The notes under the pieces: model-generated
The model's database searches: none
What the model saw: the letters and a program-made list of their open reading frames with translations, nothing else
Told to the model about the DNA's origin: nothing
Program-made: the position numbers and the translations under genes
Assembly (NCBI GenBank): GCA_051362555.1
Contig: CM120649.1
Span: 806,001 to 870,000, forward strand
DNA length: 64,000 nt
Source: Lingula anatina
Lineage: Eukaryota > Animalia > Brachiopoda
Direction: 5' to 3'
Shown: positions 13,612 through 23,259 of the stretch, piece by piece
Position numbering within the stretch: the first letter of the stretch is position 1
How the letters are laid out: each line of letters starts with the position of its first letter

Positions 13612-14389
13612 TGTGTTTGGGGGTGGTCGGCTCATGCCTTAGTTAAACTACCTCAGATCAAAATAACACGATCCAAAGCTGGGCCCCTGGGTACGTGTGT
13701 TTTGACAGCGCCCCTAGTTAAAAGCTGTGAGTTTTTTAGTGGGACGCTCGGGGTTGAGATTTAATGCTCAAAATCCCTTTGTTTTCCTTCGTTACGTATG
13801 TGTGAGGGAGTGATTTGATATATCAGATTAAAGCTATATCTGATGGAGAGTGTGTGCGTAGCTGTGTACAGCGTACTGCATGAGGCGTCTCACCTCAGCG
13901 TGGTGTAGAGAGAGGCGTCTCACCTCTGTATGAAAGTGACCAAGGAAAGGTTGTACGGGTCGTACAGCTTGGAGGGGGGGGGGGGGGGTTGGACTGGTTG
14001 CAGAAAGCGCTTTTCGGTCAACAAGTGACCTTCATCAGCTGCAGAGTCCGACAGAAAAAAAGGAAAAAAGGTATAAGGTGTACGTGAGGGGGTGGTCAAT
14101 GCTGTATAGCAGTAGGTGGTTTCGTGCCAATCACGAAATGCCCTTTTCAGGGCACCCTATGTAGACCGGTATCCACAAATCTGATACTATGTAGGTGAGA
14201 CACCTACCTTCCTATCAGAGACGATCTTTCCTCATAATAAAGGCGAGAAGCCTTACACACTCAAAAAGTCGCTCTCAACTATGCAAGGGGCGCTGTCAAA
14301 ATACACGTCCTCAGAGGCCCAGCTCTGAATCGTGTTATTTTGGTAAAGTGGAATCTAACTAGGGCATGAGCCGACCACCCCCAACACAC
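13612..14389. mobile_element. Non-autonomous element, ~780 bp, with ~100-bp imperfect TIRs; superfamily unassigned
   Basis: 13612-13715 (TTGGGGGTGGTCGGCTCATGCC...TTTTGACAGCGCCCCT) is the reverse complement of ~14287-14389 with scattered mismatches. No coding capacity and no clear TSD. Confidence 0.8.
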
Positions 14390-14520
14390 AACACAACTAC
14401 ATGACACTAACTATTCCAGGTGCGCCTGCTTTCAAAAAAAAAAAAAAAAAAAAAAAAAAAACAGGGTGCTTTTTGATTTCTAAAGGACAAAAATACATTA
14501 TCCAATGCAGACTCCCTTGA

Positions 14521-15380
14521 CTAAAGCCAATTAAGAGTATAATTAAAGAGGCGCGCATCGAGATCATAATGCCGCCACAGTTTTCTAATATCTTCGCGGG
14601 TGACATTGGTAAAATACTTCTTCCAGATTTCTGTGGAATTTGACGGCCTTGTGATGATGGGTAGTCGAACATGTCCGCGACCCCTAGTAACTCCAGCATC
14701 AGTTTGACGTCACGGCTTAGTGTTTCCCACCTTATTATGACGTCATAGTGAACCTCACACGGACTGCACAATCGATTATAATTTTCAAAATGGCCGTCAT
14801 AGTATTTTTTCGGGTCCAGAGATGAAAGATACTTCACAAAGGCCGGGAACGAAACTCCTTCTTTCCCTGATAACATTTCAGGAGATGGGTTCACCTCGAA
14901 CATTTTCGCAATCTTTTTGGCAGTTTGGGGATATAAGATATCATTAGTGACACCCTCAACCTTGTCTCTGTAGGCTGATACAATGCGTTCTAGTGGGTGG
15001 CGCACTATTATGACTTTTAAGTATGTTTTTAGTCGAAACTGAACACCGAACGGTGAAAAATGCTCCAATCTTGGTAGATATTTCCTGTATCTTGTGACCA
15101 AGTTACCTCTTTTATCTCCAAATTTAAAGTAATTTACCTTATGTACATTGCCAGTCAAGGCATAGAGCAGGCGTTTGGAGTTTGTACAACCGACCTTAGG
15201 CATTGCGCACAAAATCAAGCGGTGTCTGTCGTCGACGTACATCACGTGAGTAAACGGCCCTTTTATTGCAGTACTGCCGTCTAGCGAGCTATTTGTCTTA
15301 CGGCACGTGGCTTCCATGTGATTAACTCGGCGTTTCATTTCTTCTCGCCAGGAGTTCGGAACGCTGGTCCAGGCGAAATG
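14521..15380 (-). CDS. Last (catalytic) coding exon of a carbohydrate sulfotransferase (Sulfotransfer_2, CHST8-14/HNK-1ST family), with a 1-nt frameshift at ~14660
   Basis: Translation shows the 5'-PSB motif CAMPKVGCTN, the 3'-PB motif VRHPLERIVSAY, and SFPAFVKYL, LCSPCEVHYDVI and ETL. The acceptor ttattccccag|CAT at 15380 is phase 0 and in frame (HFAWTSVPNSWREE-MKRR). After YP the family-type C-terminus continues in the shifted frame as IITRPSNSTEIWKKYFTNVTREDIRKLWRHYDLDARLFNYTLNWL, with TAG at 14523-14521. Confidence 0.9.
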
Positions 15381-15716
15381 CTGGGGAATAATTTATGAAT
15401 TATTTAATTGCATTCATGAAAAGATTAAAGGCACAAAATGTACATTGAATTCGATGGTGAAGAATTAGCAAGAGCAGTTTACGGCTTATAATAGGCTGCA
15501 TGCCAACTTGTTATTTCATTGTACCGCTTGTGCTACCCACGTGGTCGCTAAGTATATAAGAGCTAGAGTTCTCATGAACTGAGAGATGGACTGAATTAAC
15601 GCCTCACTAAGATATTTTTCAAGCACGACTTCATATCATGACAAAATTGTCGTGCTGCAGCGCGCGTTTCAGATTACCTACTTCACTTCTTTCATTTATC
15701 AATTTGCAGAAACCAA

Positions 15717-15942
15717 GGGTGCTTTCCCAGAGATTTAGATCGATCTAAAGATTAAGATTTAGATCGACCTAACTCCCTGGGGGTTCACGCTAAATTGCAG
15801 TCAGCTGAGCGGGCACCATAGTTAATTACCCCCTTACAGCTTTCAGTAGGCGGGACAGACGCTTAAGCCGGCCAAGCTGACAGTAATCTAGTGAGACTCC
15901 CCACTGGGATAGATCGATCTAAAATTCTATGGAAATGGGGTG
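15717..15942 (+). mobile_element. MITE family A (TAGATCGATCTA family, Tourist/PIF-Harbinger-like), intronic copy
   Basis: 226 bp, subterminal palindromes TAGATCGATCTA at both ends, 3-bp TSD CAA/CAA. Homologous to copies at 33279, 35217 and 48472. Confidence 0.85.
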
Positions 15943-16085
15943 CAAGTGAACATTCGATAAAGTTAAGGATACAGTGATCATTAAAACTGTATAAAATTAT
16001 CTGACAATAAAGCTAAATGGACGCTACTTAAAACAATTTTTCTATTACACTGTGTTCACACATGTTGTAGCTGTTTAAAACCTAC

Positions 16086-16126
16086 CTGTCGTTTAAGTCT
16101 CGTGTTTTCTTTCGGCCCAAATGACA
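16086..16126 (-). CDS. 41-nt internal coding exon of the sulfotransferase (stem region, VSFGPKENTRLKRQ)
   Basis: Acceptor ccattgttttcag and donor CAG|gtagg. The exon is phase 1 in and phase 0 out, which joins the flanking exons with no stop. Confidence 0.8.
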
Positions 16127-16277
16127 CTGAAAACAATGGAAAATAATACGTATGAAATCCAACAAATCATACGATCTCTACCCACATTAAATAAAGAAAC
16201 ACATTTGTGGTTTAGTTTCTGCAGTATGTCCATCAATTATTTATACTTCATTTAATAAGATCAGAATATTACAAAGG

Positions 16278-16610
<333 letters not shown>

Positions 16611-16621
16611 GGTTCATGTAC

Positions 16622-16727
16622 CTTTATTTTTTAACTCTGGAACCACAACATAGTTAACCGCGACAAAGAGACAAAACAAAGTGAGTAGAAGTCCATAGCC
16701 CATAGACCGCTTGCAACTTGAACACAT
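16622..16727 (-). CDS. First coding exon of the sulfotransferase: short cytoplasmic tail plus type II transmembrane anchor ([35 protein letters not shown])
   Basis: ATG lies 4 nt after the acceptor ctgtctttttttgcag (exon starts at 16731), so a non-coding 5' exon lies further upstream. The hydrophobic stretch is typical of Golgi sulfotransferases. The donor AAG|gtac is phase 1, matching the next exon. Confidence 0.82.
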
Positions 16728-16825
16728 GATCCTGCAAAAAAAGACAGAGCTTTCAATTTAGCACGTTTTAGACCACATTTCACATCTAGAGCTTCAAAGA
16801 GAAAACCTGAGTCATGTGGTAGAGG

Positions 16826-16959
16826 GTAATTAATTATCGTTTAGCAGCTTCAGTAGGCGTGCCAGACATCTAAGTCGCCTAAGCTGAAGGCAATTGAGCG
16901 AAAAACCCCTCGGAGTTGGATCGATCCTGTTAGATCGATCTATGTATGGGAACCCAGTC
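16826..16959 (-). mobile_element. MITE family A, subfamily A2, truncated copy
   Basis: Reverse complement matches the left part of the 32619 copy (GACTGG..CCCATAC.TAGATCGATCTAACAGGATCGATCCA...CGCCTACTGAAGCTGCTAAACGATAATTAATTAC). Confidence 0.8.
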
Positions 16960-16995
16960 TTAGTCAATCCATATTATGATATACTAGTTACGGAC

Positions 16996-17217
16996 ATGGT
17001 GAACACTTTGGAGGGTACTTAAGATCCGGAGGTCCTGAACTACAAGAAATCTGCTGGTCCTCCCGAATTTGTACTGGTCCGAAATAAGTATCCTATTACT
17101 GTTAGCTATGTTTTCATGTGATTAATTATTATGTAGTGTTTTCACATAAACCTTGCCAGTTCGGGTCCTCTGGCATACCAAGCGGTCGTTATCAGTCGGA
17201 CAGACAGTTTCCCCATG
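16996..17217. mobile_element. Possible degenerate MITE with CATGG..CCATG ends
   Basis: Short terminal match plus inner imperfect IR CCGGAGGTCCTGAACT / AGTTCGGGTCCTCTGG. Confidence 0.3.
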
Positions 17218-18764
17218 TCTGCTAGTTCACTAATCCATAAGACACACTCGACTGTAGAATTACTTATATAGCTAATATGCATCTGATATCGGCCGATAAC
17301 GGAGCTCGTAAAATTGAAATATAAAATCCTTTAGATCAACAGTTTGAGCAGTATAAAATCGTCAATTAGAAATAAACATATGGAAAATGTTAATGAAATC
17401 TAAGTTAAACCAACAGAAAATCTCAAAGTTTTAACTCCTTAAAACATCTTATTGTCTTTAAATGCAATGAATTCAAAATTTGTGCTATATCGTTTCAGTA
17501 TTACCTGTATTGCCTGCGAATGTACAACGTACCTTGCTGCTTCCACGTAGCTAGTCTTATTTGTATATATTTTCTAATGTTATGTAATATGTAAGGCTTC
17601 TTTATACGGGTCTTTACATTGACATCAAGTGGCAGTTGTAATAAAGGTACAAAGATCTGTGACCATCCTGTTAAAAACAATTTTTTATCATGGTAAATGG
17701 TCTATTTAGCTATGGGTATTGCATTAGAACAAAACTCTCCTCGTTATTTAACCATGACGTTTAAACTTAAAAAAATAAATAAATAAAACAAGGTTTATTC
17801 AAGAGAACGCTAAGGGGGCAAATTGCATAAATTATAATATGCTCTCCTTGCGAGAACAAAAGAAGATAATTATATAAATTACAAATAAGTCGGTATATAC
17901 AAAAAGGCAAAAAAGTAATAAAGGCATGGAAACAGTCATAACTATAATGCTAACTATGCACGTGCGGATACACATGAGCCTTTCAATCGTCACTGTGTCA
18001 ACTATGCACTTTCCCGATTGAGATATCTGACAATGTGATTGCTGGAGAGATGAGTAGTGGATTCCATTGCTGACAGAAAATCGATGCTGAATATCATGTC
18101 ACAGTATCACGTGACTGACAGACGCAGCAAAACAATAATAGAGATGCTACTAAATGTGTAAATATCTGACTGCGTTTTTTTCCACCTTGCTGCATTGGAA
18201 TATATGGCAATCGTACTGTCGTTCATCTGAAAGATCTTTACCAATTTTTTTTCCAAAATAGTTCGCAACTTTAAGCTCACTAGTCACGTGACCCCCCTCA
18301 CCTGCGTGTTTCCAAACACGTGTGTGCACGTACTGCTGACTTTTTGTAAAGTGTAATATACATTTTCATAAGTAGAATCCGTGCACAACATGCACGTGCA
18401 TCCTTGCCAGGCCAAGAAAAGCCACGCATCTCTCTAGAGGCAAAAGACAAAACAGAAGCACTTCACCGGTATAAGGATATTACACATTTTTGCCCGCAAA
18501 ATAGGTGACGCCTGGCTAGGGCGGACTCAGGATGCTGTCACATGAAATTGGGTGCGTGTGACACGCGACTATCGGTTGATCTTGCACCAGGTGACGACGA
18601 CAAGGGCAGATGGCGGTTCTTCAGAAATCTGCGTCAACAGAAATTCTGCTGTACGCGTTGCTTATAGGAACCCGCTTAATATGAGGCTGTGGAATTCTGA
18701 CTCTCTCGATGTAGTCTTTGCACTCGCATTTAAACCATAAAGTTTTTGCTAAGCCAACTGATCG

Positions 18765-19000
18765 TAGTTTAGTTTAGTTTAGTTTATTCATTGTAACATA
18801 CGCATCCACCTGGGTGGATGTAAATGACAATATAAATGTAATTTTAAATGAGTATGCTATTAATCAATTACAAGGTGTAAGACTACTAACATACTAAAGA
18901 CAATTGTTTAAGCCAAGTAACTACTACTCAATTGCCAATAGGCTCAGCACTGTGTTCTAGATTATAAAGATTGAAGCGCACGTACACTGCATATTAGTAG
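18765..19000 (-). mobile_element. Probable 3' end of a non-LTR retroelement
   Basis: On the minus strand a stem-loop CATCCACCCAGGTGGATG is followed by AATAAA and a (CTAAA)n tail. Similar AATAAA plus simple-repeat tails occur at ~17770-17850 (-), ~44940-44975 (+) and ~51320-51412 (+). Confidence 0.4.
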
Positions 19001-20147
19001 TGCCCAATTAAAAGGGATTATTTTTCAAAACGTGAATTAGACACTTCCTATACGTCAAAGGGCGGTAGAGTGGACACGGGTAGAAGCCAGTGAGAGACAT
19101 CCCCTTCTAAATATGACGGATTCTCTTTAACTGTCTCTTCGGCGTCCATCGATATCTCGTTTACAGTACTTAAAAGGAACCAGATGATGATTGCAGATCT
19201 AATTGAACTGCATTTAAAACAGAGCTATCCACTGACTTGGTCGTTAAGACTGTAAGTTAATTAAAGGTCCATCTGGCAGCCTAAAGTGCATGTCACGTCA
19301 GACGCTCTGCGTGTATTTATAGTATCTAGCTATCAGTTAACATTAACCACCGGCAATTGACGTGACTCAGAGACCCACTGTCATGGCGGTTGTTTTGAGT
19401 GCAATATCTATTTTTGGTAGAATAATTTGATTTAGACAGAATAAGAATATGGATAGAGATTTTATCTATTGAGAATTAATGGACTAAAATGGTTTTATGG
19501 TAAGAGTTTTAAGAACAGCAGGCTTTTAATAGAATCATTTGATTTGATTGTAGAATAGGAACAGGGCTTTATATTATATTTACTGGAAATGATGTTTTAC
19601 TTTAAAAACGTACTTTTTGTATAAATATTGTAGAGTCAGCTTAGAATGAGCCCATATTTTGCTCTAATTTAAATTACCATCATCTACTTTGTATATTGAA
19701 AAAAAAAAAAACAACTGATTTTTATACTTTGAATAGCTGAGAACATGTCATAGAATTTGAATGATGGCTATATGAGGGTTTTATTTCCTTATTGTCCTTG
19801 TTGTCTAATCCGACCCTCTCGTCAACCAATTCCAGCAGTTTGGGAGAATAACCAGTAATCCGGCCTCTTCAAAGTCAGGTTTATGCTTTATACAGCTATA
19901 TATCTTTTGTAATATATCTCCAATTCGTCAGGAGAGAAGCTGACATTTCGGATTGATTTTTCACTTTTGTGTTGATCCTTTCCCTGTGAGTCGAGGTGTT
20001 TCTGGGAAAAATACAAAGGCGAGCAACCCCAAGAGACTCTTAATCATAATGATGAATGGCGGTGGTCAGTGGGCGCTTCTATCAGGCTCTGTCAGTAACC
20101 GTAGCTCGTCACCATGGATATGCTTTAATTTACGTATAGATATCATA

Positions 20148-20322
20148 GGCTCCGTTCAGAATAGGGGAATGACTAGTCCGAGGGTCACATTTGACGACCC
20201 ACGACAAAGCTTGCCGTCTAATCCGCTAATAGACACAGAATAGATACCCCGTGGGGAAGTATTCAAGTGGGTCGGCCATATTTGACCCTCGGACTAGTTT
20301 GTCCCCTATTCTGAATGAGGCC
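20148..20322 (-). mobile_element. MITE family B (ACTAGTCCGAGGGTCA family, Tourist/PIF-Harbinger-like)
   Basis: 175 bp, ~45-bp TIRs, flanks ATA/TTA. Reverse-orientation homolog of 58878-59052. Confidence 0.85.
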
Positions 20323-20816
20323 TTAGACGTAGGAACCGTAACAGGGAGGGAGGCGGAGGCTGAAACGCCATCATTTTTCCAACAACATCGGTCATAACCG
20401 CAGGAAGCAGGGGTAGGCTAATAAGGAAATGCTCACTTCCACCCCGTCGATATTTTTGGGGCATATTGTTACACCCCCCTCCCTAATATTTGCTTCAAGT
20501 CCAAGTTCAAAAATTCACTGTCACAGGTCTAAAAACCTATAGTGCTTCATAGTTTATAGCAGCATATTTTATGCCTCAGAGAAAGCATCTCTCGGCTTAT
20601 TTCGGTAGTACATGTATATCAAAGCTGCAAGTTTCTTAACAAAGTCATTGTACTGAGAGAAAAGTTCAGTTCTCAAATGTGTTTCCTGCGAGGCAACCAT
20701 TATCATTTCTGCTCAGTGTTGTCTGTCACAATATCCAAATGAATTTTTTTTAATATAACATATACAGAAGGTTTGTTACTAAGTTTTGTGGCAGTGCACT
20801 TTTTACCCACCGATAA

Positions 20817-20984
20817 CAGGCCCGTAGCCAGGGGGGGTTCGGGGGGTTCGAAAGAACCGCCCCTTTTGCTGGGAAAAGGTCCTCTCTGGGTAAAATTTGA
20901 TCTAGGTACATAAAGTTTTTTATGGGATAGGTCCACTTTTTCAAAAAAAGAACCCCCCTTTTGAAATTTCTGGCTACGGGCCTG
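20817..20984. mobile_element. CAGG-terminal MITE (hAT-like termini), 168 bp
   Basis: Perfect 15-bp TIR CAGGCCCGTAGCCAG / CTGGCTACGGGCCTG, flanked by GATAA on both sides. Confidence 0.85.
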
Positions 20985-22956
20985 GATAATATATATATAC
21001 ATGTATATATATGGCATGGCCTCGTGTTATGAAGTACAAATACCACTAATGCCAAGTGGGATTGAATAAACTTGTCCAAGAATACTGTCGTATCACAAGA
21101 GAGAGAGAGAGAGGGGGGATATGTAAAACTTATACACAAAAGAGGAAATCGCGGCTTCAGAACTCGGAATTATGAATTGCAATATTTTGATTTTTTTCTT
21201 AGATCTAGCCTATAAAAATATATGTTGAATAAGTAAGGGTTGTTGAGGTTCTGTACATTTTCAATCAATTGACCTGCCTTTTTTTGTCGTCGAGCAGAAT
21301 GCATGAATCTAATACAAGAGAGAGTTTTTGTTTTCGTGAGTTCAGATATTCGGTTGCGCTATTGAAGTAACAATTCATACTTGGAACGAAATATCAAACA
21401 TTTAAGTGCTTTTCTGTGTACAATGTTGTTAATGTTATCTGGGATTGTGTTTCGTGTTAATTTTTGCCAATACAAAACCGCAACAACTTGTTTTCACTCG
21501 CCTCCTGCGATTTAGGGTAAAGTACCAGTATGTTCGCGTATGTGTAATTTCTCTGTTTTCAGTAGACCGTCATTCAAATAACCGCCAGTTTTATTTTTCC
21601 GAATCATTAGCCTCTTTTTATCCAGGTAAACTACTGTTATCCGTGCTTTAAGGAACTGAAGAAAATACAAACGTCCTGAAATTCCATCGATTTTCTTTAT
21701 TCATCATAGTTCCAGTGTTATCTGAAGTTTTGGTAAAAGTATGCAGTGAAGAGATACATGTGCCATTCCACTCTTGAATCGGCAATTTCGAAGTTGCACC
21801 ACCTGGAAATAGATTCATTTCACTCCAGCTCTTGTCTGTCACTTTACCTGCCGTTGAACCGTTATAAAGTATGAATGATAGAGGAACCGGTGCAAAGTTA
21901 TGCAATGCACAAACGCGATTCCATCAACTTAAAATCCAAAAAAGCTTTTAACGCCCGATTTAGGTACATGCTCTACATAATCGATTAAGTTAACTGTTTG
22001 TTCGACTTCACATCATTTGTTAACTCAGTTAGAAGATGCTCTGTTTTAAACTTTTTTACTGAGAGGTTTAGTATCAGGTCGTAATCAAAGTGAAGTGTGC
22101 GACGGGCAGAATGGGTTAGGTTGAGGGAGTAATTAATTGTGTAGGTCATTGTTAGCAGCACACTATGCGCGCGAGTCACTTATGTAGCACAAATATGTCT
22201 TGTCTGACGATCTCAACTATTTCTACTAGATATTTGTATGTGCTATCCAAAAAAAATGAGTAAAGTGCACTTTGTACACCCATTCTCCAATTTCTTAATT
22301 TCACTTTTGGCTGTTACAAGTGAAATTCACCAGTCTCAGTGTCCATTAAGAGAGTAGTGAAAAAAATATAAGTGAAAAATATATTGTCATTTTGGAAATG
22401 GCTTTAGATATGGTGTAGCTAGTTGATAAAGGGGAAAATTTCTGATATTTTCTGGAATTTGGTTTGTTATGTACCGGTAAAGGTGTCACGTACATTGCAT
22501 GCACTGGGTAAATTTTCAGTGTAGCGCTGTTTGGAAATATCAAGACCATATTGACCAAAAGTGAAACGGAGTCATGTAAAACAATACGTGCTTATGATTA
22601 ATGTTTTGTCGATGGCGTGTGGGAGGCACTTGGGCCAGGATACCTTTGTCGAATCGAAAAAAATGTGACATCCATATTTGGGTGGTTTTATTCTAAGTGA
22701 TTTTCCATGTACGCCATTACTGTAGTTATCTTTATCATGGGCTAGATCGGTGCAGAGAAACTAGAGGTCCATTTCACAAATAATCCATCCTCCATTAGAT
22801 CCGTACAGGTAAGGGTTAGCATGACGTAATTGGGCCACAATATAACACGAGGCTTACCTGTCCAAATAAATGGAAACCGATCCTGTATCACAAGGGACTG
22901 TCTGGTACAGGGCGCTGGGTGCATGCTATACATATGAGGGCCCATAGACGAAGCAG

Positions 22957-23102
22957 GGCCCCGTATCTCGAAAGGTTCGCTATGTTGCGCACGTGCGCAA
23001 GCGTCTCGATTCCATGGCCCCGTATCTCGAAATAGAATCGGTTATGGAATCGAGACACTCGCGCACGTGCGCAACATAGCGAACCTTTCGAGATACGGAG
23101 CC
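22957..23102. mobile_element. Fold-back MITE (family C), almost entirely a hairpin
   Basis: ~60-bp arms GGCCCCGTATCTCGAAAGGTTCGCTATGTTGCGCACGTGCGC...CTCGATTCCAT and their reverse complement, TSD CAG/CAG. An extra terminus copy GGCCCCGTATCTCGAAA sits in the loop. Confidence 0.85.
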
Positions 23103-23112
23103 CAGGGCCCAG

Positions 23113-23259
23113 GGCTCCGTAACTCGAAAGCACCGCATATTGCGAATAGCGATATCACATAAAGGCTACAGTGTATTATAAGAGGAGAGTATGGGCGAGT
23201 TATGGAATCGAGACACTTGCGCTTGGTCGCAATGTGCGATGCTTTCGAGTTACGGGGCC
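23113..23259. mobile_element. Second family C-related MITE, directly adjacent
   Basis: TIR GGCTCCGTAACTCGAAAGCA / TGCTTTCGAGTTACGGGGCC, flanks CAG/CTG. Shares GTTATGGAATCGAGACACT with the previous element. Confidence 0.8.

Noticed and set aside
14397-14658. C-terminal ~85 aa of the 313-aa ORF in the track (..SSQGRQIPQ...FFFFFFFF..)
   Set aside because: Out-of-frame read-through after the frameshift; the family-type C-terminus is in another frame ending at 14521.
20703-21139. 104-aa and 129-aa ORFs
   Set aside because: They run through a G/C-rich MITE that lacks stops by composition.
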